NCBI GenBank assembly: GCA_964399865.1
Contig: CAYNRJ010000001.1
Span: 546,285-610,284, forward strand
Source: an uncultured Candidatus Saccharibacteria bacterium
GTDB taxonomy: Bacteria > Patescibacteriota > Minisyncoccia > Phycocordibacterales > UBA2100
Reading direction: 5' to 3'
DNA length: 64,000 bases
How positions within the stretch are numbered: position 1 is the first letter of the stretch; the number at the start of each line of letters is the position of its first letter. The notes beneath the pieces are model-generated. The model saw only the letters and a program-made list of their open reading frames with translations, was not told the DNA's origin and ran no database searches. Positions 56,945 through 64,000 of this stretch are shown here, piece by piece. A program made the position numbers and the translations under genes.

Positions 56945-59170
56945 ATGACAAACCGAATCGCGAAATGGTTTTCATGGCTCCTCCTTGCGCCCGCAATCTT
57001 GCCGCTCGTGTATGTGGAAGGTCTTCTCTATCCGTATGTAGCACCTAAGACTCTACTTTTTCGTGCACTATTTATCGTCGCGGCAGCGGGCTTCGCGTAC
57101 CTACTCTTATCGGGTCATTCATTTTATTTCTCGCGTCTACGAAATTGGATCTCCTGGATTCCCGGAGCACTCCTCGCGCTAGCGTACGGAACCTCTCTCA
57201 TTGGCATAGATTTCTACCACAGCTTTTGGTCAATCTTTGACCGTGGAGATGGTCTCTTAACGATGACTGCAATTATCGGATTCTTCTACTTCATTCTTCT
57301 GTATGCGGATCGCCCATTTCTTCGAAGACTCTTTTCCATTTCAGCGTGGGTAGGATCAATCGTCGCAGTCTATGGAGTTTTGCAATGGATTCAGACCGTT
57401 ACTGGAATGGAAATCCCTCTCATTACTGATCCCCGAGGTCGTCTAGGAGGCACGTTCGGTAACGCAGCGTTCCTTGCAGCGTATTTGGGCATGACTCTCT
57501 TTGCGACACTCGCAGTAGTGAAAGAATTTAGTGGTAAATGGAGAAAAGCCTTGTATGCAGGCGCTGCACTACAGCTTTTCGCAGCTATCCTTACCTCCAC
57601 TCGCGGGACTCTTCTTGCAATTCTCCTCGCGAGCACGCTCACAGCACTTTACCTGGCGTGGAGGGGGGAGGGAGCGACACGAAAGTACGCCCGTTTTGGA
57701 GTCGTAGGAGTCGTCATATTCGCCGCTCTTTTCTTTCTGTTCCGCGGTCCTCTTACGCAATTTCCGTTCGAACCAGTCCGGCGCATTGCTTCGATATCTC
57801 TGTCGGATGTGACAGTATCAAGCCGATTCTTCGTATGGAAGAATGTGCTTTCGGAAAGCCTTGAGAAACCACTGACCGGATATGGGGCGGAGCATGTAGA
57901 TGTACTTTTTAATCGTGTGTATGATCCCGCTGGAATACTTGAGGAGTGGTTCGATCGCTCTCACAACGCATACCTCGATTACTTCGCGCAATACGGAATT
58001 TTTGGTCTACTTTTATTTAGCGCGCTACTTGCGACTCTAGCGCTCACCGCATGGCGATTACTTAGAGTTGGCGACAAGTACGCACCTTTTATTCTTCTCA
58101 TGGTTGTCGTATACGCGGCACAGAATTTCTTTGTGTTCGATACGGCCATGACATTGTGGCTTCTCTTTGCGGTCTTCGCTGCACTTCTTGCGTATAGAGC
58201 GGCGGGAGAGAACGTAGCTGTATCCTCGTCTCGTTTCAAACTTAAGCCAGTAATTCCGATCGTTGTAGGTGGGGCGATCCTTATTCTCCTGTACCCGGTA
58301 TCTATTCAACCACTTCGCGCGAATCTTCTCCTCGCAGAAGGGTATATGCATCACATTGCGGATGTTGGACGGTCAGTCGATACGATGCAAAAAGGGCTGT
58401 CTCTCAATACATACGCTGACATTGAATACGGTTACCAGGCGTATGAAATGTATTCTGAGAGGCAGGCAAATTTGCTCGAGGGTACTGATCGTGTTGCCGC
58501 GTACCGCTTTGCGCTCGAGACGCTTACAAAAAACTATGAGAAGTACCCATATGATGCGCGCACTGCCACATACCTCGCTCACGTGCTCGACTTAGTACCT
58601 CCAGAAGAAACCGCGGATGAGGTATTTCTACGAGAGGTAGTGCTAAAAGCAATTGAGTTATCACCCAAGCATGCGCAGGCGCACTACATTCTGGCGAACA
58701 TTTCGCTCAAAAAAGGTGATAAGGCGGGGCAGGCCGGAAATGTCGCAGAGCGAAATCGCTTCTACAGAGAGGGGATCGCCGTTCTTGAAGAGTATGTGAA
58801 AATGGTGCCGAACTACGCGAACCCCCGCTATCTCATCGCGAATCTATACTTAGTTATAGGGGAGGAAGAGCTTGCGGCGAGGTGGGCGAGCGAAGGGCAG
58901 GCTCTATACAAAGGGGATATGGATACTGCTCGCCGAGCTGTGCGTTACTACATTGCGATAGAAGACTGGGCGACGGCCCTTCGGTTCAACGAAGAGATTT
59001 CAAGAAATACTCCACAAGATTATCCAGTGAAATATGATCTTGCGAAACTGTATTTTCTCACGGGTAATAAAGAGAGGGCTCAAGAAATAGTTAATGAGCT
59101 TCAAATTGAATCTCCTGGTCTTGTCGAATCAGATGCGGAGTTCATGAAAGCGATCGAGGGTACGCGGTAG
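56945..59170 (+). CDS. O-antigen ligase/Wzy_C-type membrane protein with C-terminal TPRs
   Basis: About 12 TM, GTFGNAAFLA, TSTRG, PLTGYG.E and FDRSHN motifs. Confidence 0.88.
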   Translation: MTNRIAKWFSWLLLAPAILPLVYVEGLLYPYVAPKTLLFRALFIVAAAGFAYLLLSGHSFYFSRLRNWISWIPGALLALAYGTSLIGIDFYHSFWSIFDRGDGLLTMTAIIGFFYFILLYADRPFLRRLFSISAWVGSIVAVYGVLQWIQTVTGMEIPLITDPRGRLGGTFGNAAFLAAYLGMTLFATLAVVKEFSGKWRKALYAGAALQLFAAILTSTRGTLLAILLASTLTALYLAWRGEGATRKYARFGVVGVVIFAALFFLFRGPLTQFPFEPVRRIASISLSDVTVSSRFFVWKNVLSESLEKPLTGYGAEHVDVLFNRVYDPAGILEEWFDRSHNAYLDYFAQYGIFGLLLFSALLATLALTAWRLLRVGDKYAPFILLMVVVYAAQNFFVFDTAMTLWLLFAVFAALLAYRAAGENVAVSSSRFKLKPVIPIVVGGAILILLYPVSIQPLRANLLLAEGYMHHIADVGRSVDTMQKGLSLNTYADIEYGYQAYEMYSERQANLLEGTDRVAAYRFALETLTKNYEKYPYDARTATYLAHVLDLVPPEETADEVFLREVVLKAIELSPKHAQAHYILANISLKKGDKAGQAGNVAERNRFYREGIAVLEEYVKMVPNYANPRYLIANLYLVIGEEELAARWASEGQALYKGDMDTARRAVRYYIAIEDWATALRFNEEISRNTPQDYPVKYDLAKLYFLTGNKERAQEIVNELQIESPGLVESDAEFMKAIEGTR

Positions 59171-59221
59171 AAGAGTGGCCCCGCGTGGGCGGGGCCGAAG
59201 GTGCGAGAGTCCTGTGGTAGT

Positions 59222-59557
59222 TCATGACTCGGCCTTTATGTTTGAGAAGTGTTGGGATGGACCGCTCGTTTGCAGTGTCGGACGAATCCTCGCTCCCCAG
59301 TGCGCGTGGCCGGGAGCTTGATCGGAGCCCGCATAGAACTCGAGATGGAGATCGAACTTCTCGCCAGACTCGTCGATAGCGACGTACGAATGGCCGCCGT
59401 TCGTATGCGCTGCGAGTATTTTGACGCGATAGGTAAGAAGAGCATCCTTCGGTCCACCTGCAGTTGCGACTCTGCTGAGTGTGTACCAGTGCTCTTCTTT
59501 GAGGACCGGAGGATTCTCGCTCTCGGCCTTCATCCAAGGTAGTCTGGGCGCACGCAT
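59222..59557 (-). CDS. Small orphan protein with its own promoter
   Basis: TTGACG-16-TAGTAT on the minus strand (59618-59591), GGAG SD, hairpin at ~59177-59197. Confidence 0.55.
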   Translation of the reverse strand: MRAPRLPWMKAESENPPVLKEEHWYTLSRVATAGGPKDALLTYRVKILAAHTNGGHSYVAIDESGEKFDLHLEFYAGSDQAPGHAHWGARIRPTLQTSGPSQHFSNIKAES

Positions 59558-59621
59558 TGGCGTTTCTCCCGTTTGTTCAGTTCTATCTGGATACTATTCT
59601 CAATCGTTCGCTCGTCAATCT

Positions 59622-60440
59622 CTAGAATTTTGGTCGACGGAAAGCCCAGCGGAATAAAAGATAGAGTCCACCAAAGAGGGCGAGAATAAGAAGGAAATAA
59701 AATAGCGCTTTAGACTTGAGGATTGTGAGAGTGCCCACAGCAGCTGCGTGTTTCATTTTCTCCAGAGCGGTTGAGTTTTCGGTCGGTCCTTTGAAGCCGG
59801 TCGTGTTTGAACTAACGCCCACATTTTTTACCGCAGTCGTCGATGTGCCAAGTATCGCGCTTTCTCCGCCACCTCGAAGGTATGTTTCAAGGGAATTGAT
59901 TTTTTGTTCTCGAAATTCTTCAGTTTTGCCAAGGACATTTTTGAGTGTTGCCTGCACAACAGGTGACGCTGTCTTTGCAGTTTCCGCAATGAATGCAGAA
60001 GCTTCGGTCGCTGCGTTTACGATTGCAGGTGGGGGTGGTGGCTCAGCAACAGTGATTTTTATAGAGGCGCTCGCTCTCTGTGAGAGTGCGATTGAATCAG
60101 AAATACCTTCAACAGAGGCTCCTTCTATTATCGCAGAAATAGCATGTTCGCCGGGGGTGGCTTTCCATTCAATGGTTACAAGCTGGCTCGTCTCCGCGCT
60201 TAGTTTGAAATTTTCAGTTTCAATTCGCTTTTCATTATCAAAAAAGGCAACTGTTCCACTTAAGGTTGCATCGCTTCCATTGTGAACGACTGTGAAAATC
60301 TCGAGTGATTCTCCGGCTACAGCAGTACTTTTGGAAACCCAAATTGATTGCGGTGGAAATCCGGCCTGTATTTCGGCTGCGCCGAGCTGAGAGGGGAGGA
60401 ATAAAAAGGCTAGGAGGAAGACCATCCAGTATTGCCTCAT
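59622..60440 (-). CDS. Secreted CARDB-like Ig protein with C-terminal TM anchor
   Basis: Signal peptide, IWVSK, W.ATPGEHAISA, C-terminal TM plus basic tail. Confidence 0.78.
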   Translation of the reverse strand: MRQYWMVFLLAFLFLPSQLGAAEIQAGFPPQSIWVSKSTAVAGESLEIFTVVHNGSDATLSGTVAFFDNEKRIETENFKLSAETSQLVTIEWKATPGEHAISAIIEGASVEGISDSIALSQRASASIKITVAEPPPPPAIVNAATEASAFIAETAKTASPVVQATLKNVLGKTEEFREQKINSLETYLRGGGESAILGTSTTAVKNVGVSSNTTGFKGPTENSTALEKMKHAAAVGTLTILKSKALFYFLLILALFGGLYLLFRWAFRRPKF

Positions 60441-60478
60441 CCCCTGATTATACAATGATATACTAGAGGTGTCTTAGT

Positions 60479-60637
60479 ATGAATCCAGCCGGTTCATTCT
60501 TTAAATTTACGATAGGGTTTCTTACGCTTATCAGCGTTAGTTTCGTTATTACATTTGCGGTAAGTACATACGAAATGTCTCAGAGTGCAGAAAGGCAGGC
60601 AGCCGCCGCGATGCAGGCGATGCTGGAGTCTAAATAG
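60479..60637 (+). CDS. 52-aa single-TM protein (not in the ORF track)
   Basis: Hand translation MNPAGSFFKFTIGFLTLISVSFVITFAVSTYEMSQSAERQAAAAMQAMLESK*. Confidence 0.5.
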   Translation: MNPAGSFFKFTIGFLTLISVSFVITFAVSTYEMSQSAERQAAAAMQAMLESK

Positions 60638-60710
60638 AAAAGGCGCCGGCAAACCCGAAGGTCCGCCGACGCCCCGCCCTGACGAGTGCGCACAACCATG
60701 GCTCGTCGGG

Positions 60711-60953
60711 CTATTCGATAGCGAAGCCCAGCTCGTTGAGCTTCTTTCGAAAGTCCTCGGCACCCTCCGGCCCGAGAAGTTCGATGTTGGTGTTCGCGGA
60801 GAGAAGATCACCGCGAACCAGGTCCCGGACGGCTTGTCGAGCCGCGCTCCTCGTAATTGCAAAGGAAGCGCCGCGGACGTCACAGAACCTTGTCTCTATG
60901 TACTGAATTGCAGCCGAATCATCGGGCGGCATCAGCACTCTGCTTTTTGGCAT
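60711..60953 (-). CDS. Small orphan protein
   Basis: AGGAGGT SD before the ATG; hairpins at ~60640-60711 downstream. Confidence 0.55.
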   Translation of the reverse strand: MPKSRVLMPPDDSAAIQYIETRFCDVRGASFAITRSAARQAVRDLVRGDLLSANTNIELLGPEGAEDFRKKLNELGFAIE

Positions 60954-61026
60954 CGGTACCTCCTATCGAGAAACGACGCACTCCCGCCAGCACTCTGACA
61001 TTTTTTTACGTGCACGTCAAACGACG

Positions 61027-61054
61027 TTGACTCTCGTCCTTAAATCAGTAGAAT
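61027..61054 (+). promoter_or_regulatory. sigma70 promoter of rplJL
   Basis: TTGACT-16 nt-TAGAAT. Confidence 0.7.
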
Positions 61055-61059
61055 GCGCG

Positions 61060-61128
61060 AGTCAGGCTAGAGACAGCGAGTGGTAGCAATACCTTCAATC
61101 CTACGGGAGCTTGCCGAGGTCGTACTCT
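61060..61128 (+). promoter_or_regulatory. Ribosomal protein L10 leader RNA
   Basis: AGACAGCGAG…CTTGCCGAGG core upstream of rplJ, resembling the L10 leader. Confidence 0.7.
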
Positions 61129-61170
61129 AACAAGAGGCCTGGTAGTTACTAGAAGAAGTACTTTTTGTAC

Positions 61171-61665
61171 ATGGCAAAAACCAAGGAGCAAAAGGCGGTA
61201 ATCATCGAAAAACTTGAAAATGCTCTCAAGACGGGAGCTTCTTCAGTGTTTGTACACTTCACCGGACTCAACGTCGCTGATGAGACAGCGATGCGTCGCG
61301 GTCTTCAGAAAGACGCCGTTTCGTACGTCGTCGCGAAGAAGACACTTATTCGCCGAGCGCTTACTGCCCTCGGTCACAAGCATGAAAGTGTCGCACTTGA
61401 AGGAGAAGTTGCAGTTGCGCACGGAGGAAACGATGCGACAGCAGCAGCCCGTATGGTGCATGAATTCGCGAAGAAGTTCGCAGGCAAGCTTACGATCCTC
61501 GGAGGTATCTTCGAAGGTCGCATTGTGGGAGCAGGCGAGATGCAAGAGATCGCGACGATTCCGTCTATGCAGGTACTACGTGGCATGTTTGCGAATATCG
61601 TAAACAGCCCGATCCAGCGTTTTGCGATCGCACTTAGCGAAGTCGCAAAGACGAAGACACAATAA
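61171..61665 (+). CDS. rplJ: 50S ribosomal protein L10
   Basis: MAKTKEQK, VAKKTLIRRAL and IATIPS motifs; precedes rplL. Confidence 0.95.
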   Translation: MAKTKEQKAVIIEKLENALKTGASSVFVHFTGLNVADETAMRRGLQKDAVSYVVAKKTLIRRALTALGHKHESVALEGEVAVAHGGNDATAAARMVHEFAKKFAGKLTILGGIFEGRIVGAGEMQEIATIPSMQVLRGMFANIVNSPIQRFAIALSEVAKTKTQ

Positions 61666-61688
61666 ATTAAAAATTAAATTAAATTAGT

Positions 61689-62066
61689 ATGGCAGATGAA
61701 ACAATTTCAGCAGGAGCACAGGCAGTCATCGACGCAGTGGAGAAAATGACAGTGCTCGAGCTCAATGCTCTCGTCAAGGCAATCGAGACGAAGTGGGGAG
61801 TGTCCGCAACGGCAGTTGCAGCAGCAGGTCCTGCAGCAGCGGCAGCGGAAGAGAAGAGCGAGTTCACCGTTGAACTTACCGCCGCAGGTGATCAGAAGAT
61901 CGCCGTCATCAAGGTGGTGAAGGAGGCTCTCGGACTAGGACTTAAGGAGGCAAAAGACCTCGTAGAAGGAGCTCCAAAGGTTCTCAAGGAGGGAGTGAAG
62001 AAAGAGGAGGCGGAAGACTGGAAGAAGAAAATAGAGGCCGCTGGTGGGAAGGTAACACTGAAATAA
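61689..62066 (+). CDS. rplL: 50S ribosomal protein L7/L12
   Basis: [19 protein letters not shown] and [12 protein letters not shown] motifs. Confidence 0.97.
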   Translation: MADETISAGAQAVIDAVEKMTVLELNALVKAIETKWGVSATAVAAAGPAAAAAEEKSEFTVELTAAGDQKIAVIKVVKEALGLGLKEAKDLVEGAPKVLKEGVKKEEAEDWKKKIEAAGGKVTLK

Positions 62067-62083
62067 TTCAGCGGGTACGTCCC

Positions 62084-62121
62084 GAAACAGCCGCGGAAGA
62101 TGAACTTCCGCGGCTGTTTTC
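62084..62121 (+). terminator. Terminator after rplL
   Basis: AAACAGCCGCGGAAG…CTTCCGCGGCTGTTTT. Confidence 0.8.
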
Positions 62122-62178
62122 GTTCAGACAGTAATGCTGCTTTGCACGCAACCTATGGGGGACTGTATACTCTCCGGA

Positions 62179-62802
62179 ATGAAAGGGGAATTTCTGTCAC
62201 AGTTTCTCGGAAGTGCCCCTCGGGCTCGCCTTATTCGCCTATTCGTTTTCTCTCCTGCAGAAAGCTTTACTTTGTCACAGGTGGCAAAACGCACAGGACT
62301 CTCTGCCGCAATTGCCGAAAGAGGGATCAAGGAGCTCCAGAATATGGGTGCTATACGGGAAGGAAAAATCACTATAAAACTAGCGAACGAGCCAAAGAAA
62401 TCAATCAAAGGAAAACAAAAGATATCCACGTGGTCTCTCGATCAGAAATTCAAGCACGCGAGAGCACTTTCTTCTTTTGTTCATGAAGTATCTCCTGTTC
62501 AGTACAAGAGTATGCTTGAGGCGCTGAGACGCTCTGGCCGTCTTGCGGCCGTTGTTCTCTCGGGGGCTTTCATGGGGGATCCGACTAGGCCAGCAGACCT
62601 CATCATTGTTTCGGACAGTCTGAATGAAAAACGACTGGAGAGCATCATCAGGGGGCTAGAGCCAAAATATGGAAGGGAGATTCGTTACGCTACATTCTCC
62701 GTTCCTGAATTTTCATATCGATTGACGATACAGGACCGTCTCATACGGGAGACCATTGATTACCCTCATTTCGTACTTTTGGACAGAAGGGGGCTATTGT
62801 AG
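62179..62802 (+). CDS. HTH plus degenerate nucleotidyltransferase-like domain protein
   Basis: N-terminal HTH (FTLSQVAKRTGLS), LSGAF….ADLIIV and LEPKYGREIRY segments. Confidence 0.7.
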   Translation: MKGEFLSQFLGSAPRARLIRLFVFSPAESFTLSQVAKRTGLSAAIAERGIKELQNMGAIREGKITIKLANEPKKSIKGKQKISTWSLDQKFKHARALSSFVHEVSPVQYKSMLEALRRSGRLAAVVLSGAFMGDPTRPADLIIVSDSLNEKRLESIIRGLEPKYGREIRYATFSVPEFSYRLTIQDRLIRETIDYPHFVLLDRRGLL

Positions 62803-62970
62803 GTTTTTCTCCTCACTTTTGGGTTTTTGGCCGATTTTTAGCCAATTTTTCCTATCCACACTACACCGTCAATCCGGCCGGAAGCTGAAGGGCGAGTGCT
62901 ATCATTAAGCGATAAAGGGGTCGAAAACCGTTATAAAACCTTACTAATTTAAGTTTTTACCTTCTACATT

Positions 62971-63660
62971 ATGATAGTTTCGCAATCAGCGAACGTGCTC
63001 CAACAGTCATTTGTCGACATGTGGGGTACTGTCGTTGACTATTTGCCTTCGATCGTAGCCGCAGTAGTTATCTTCATAATCGGCTGGATCTTTAGCATTG
63101 TTTTGTACCGCGTCGTAGACCAGGTAGTTAAAATCCTTAGGATCGATGACGCTCTTAAGGCAGCTGGTCTTAATGAAATGGCAAGAGAGGCAGGCTTTAC
63201 CTTGAACATTGGCGCGTTCCTCGGCACCTTGGTGCAGTGGTTCGTCGTTATCGTGTTCCTCGTAGCTGCTCTTGATGTGCTTGGCCTCAGTATGGTCACG
63301 CTATTCTTGCAACAAGTGGTCCTAAGCTACTTGCCTCAGGTGATCATTGCGGTCCTCATCCTCATTCTCGCGGCGATCGTCGCAGAAGCGGTGAAGGGTA
63401 TCGTATCAAGCTCGGCTCGTGCTGCCGGAGCTCACACGGGGAACCTGGCAGGAAATGTTGCAAAGTGGGCGATCTGGGTAGTCGCTATAATGGCGATCCT
63501 CAATCAGCTCGAGGTTGCACCTGAGTTCATGCAGATACTCTTCACGGGTATCGTTGTTGCGATTTCTCTCGCAACAGGTCTTGCCTTCGGTCTTGGGGGC
63601 AAAGAAGCAGCAGCTCGTACGATCGAAAAGATTCGTTCAGACATTGCACACCACCACTAA
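62971..63660 (+). CDS. TM-helix repeat / small mechanosensitive channel-like protein (CmpX-like)
   Basis: Repeated YLP.(I/V)..A.I, GLAFGLGGKE. Confidence 0.85.
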   Translation: MIVSQSANVLQQSFVDMWGTVVDYLPSIVAAVVIFIIGWIFSIVLYRVVDQVVKILRIDDALKAAGLNEMAREAGFTLNIGAFLGTLVQWFVVIVFLVAALDVLGLSMVTLFLQQVVLSYLPQVIIAVLILILAAIVAEAVKGIVSSSARAAGAHTGNLAGNVAKWAIWVVAIMAILNQLEVAPEFMQILFTGIVVAISLATGLAFGLGGKEAAARTIEKIRSDIAHHH

Positions 63661-63741
63661 TTTTAGTGTGGTTGTTTTGTTGCTCGCGCCCGCCATTTTG
63701 GCGGGCGCGTTGTTTTGGTACTTATTTGCTAGAATGCGTCG

Positions 63742-64000
63742 ATGCAAGCAGTAATACTCGCGGCCGGTCGTGGAATACGTATGGGAAAGCTCTCGGAAGC
63801 TACGCCGAAAGCACTTCTTGAAGTTGCAGGTAAAACTCTTCTCGAATACAAACTCGACGCGCTTCCGCCGGAAGTCGACGAGGTCATTATCGTGGTTGGC
63901 TACATGGGAGGAGCGATCCAAAGATATTTAGGCGGTGAGTACAACGGCAAACGAATTCTCTATGTCATACAGGAAAAACAAAATGGCACAGCGGGCGCTC
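63742..64000 (+). CDS. Sugar-phosphate nucleotidyltransferase, N-terminus (partial)
   Basis: Hand translation MQAVILAAGRGIRMGKLSEATPKALLEVAGK…. Confidence 0.88.
   Translation, partial: MQAVILAAGRGIRMGKLSEATPKALLEVAGKTLLEYKLDALPPEVDEVIIVVGYMGGAIQRYLGGEYNGKRILYVIQEKQNGTAGA

Noticed and set aside
3801-63921. Numerous 60-200 aa antisense or alternate-frame ORFs and N-terminal extensions in the ORF track (e.g. 14217, 17887, 46292, 48959 starts)
   Set aside because: They are shadows of well-supported genes or run through tRNAs and promoters; starts were trimmed using homology and -10 spacing.
1-64000. CRISPR array, rRNA gene, integrase/transposase or prophage
   Set aside because: No regularly spaced direct repeats, rRNA signatures or such ORFs were seen. 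The RuvC and YqgF genes are ordinary short nucleases, not Cas or TnpB.

Overview
A 64-kb stretch of a streamlined bacterial chromosome. Gene content points to Patescibacteria/CPR (Parcubacteria, Kaiserbacteria-like); this is an inference from rplK without an adjacent rplA, type-2 IleRS, alpha2 GlyRS, shortened YebC/RecO/HolA, type IV pilus genes and many orphan surface proteins. The genetic code is standard code 11. Most of the window is housekeeping: ruvABC, polA, recA, recO, ftsK, four tRNA synthetases, ribosomal proteins, efp, secE-nusG-rplK, murE, pilB/pilMNO/pilin, seven tRNAs and an L10 leader. No CRISPR, rRNA, integrase or transposase is visible. The main unexplained signals are non-coding. 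(1) Two candidate stand-alone structured RNAs on the + strand flank ruvB (~2183-2515 and ~3669-3842). (2) A ~430-nt highly structured leader with boxB/boxA-like elements precedes a 1122-aa S-layer-like gene. (3) A partly helically phased GGACA/TGTCC array lies in and upstream of a winged-helix gene next to ftsK. (4) Hairpins downstream of tRNAs pair back onto their 3' ends. (5) More than 20 genes have a -10 box 5-7 nt before the ATG (leaderless), in contrast to small orphan genes with strong Shine-Dalgarno sites. All structure calls were made by eye and none was computed.
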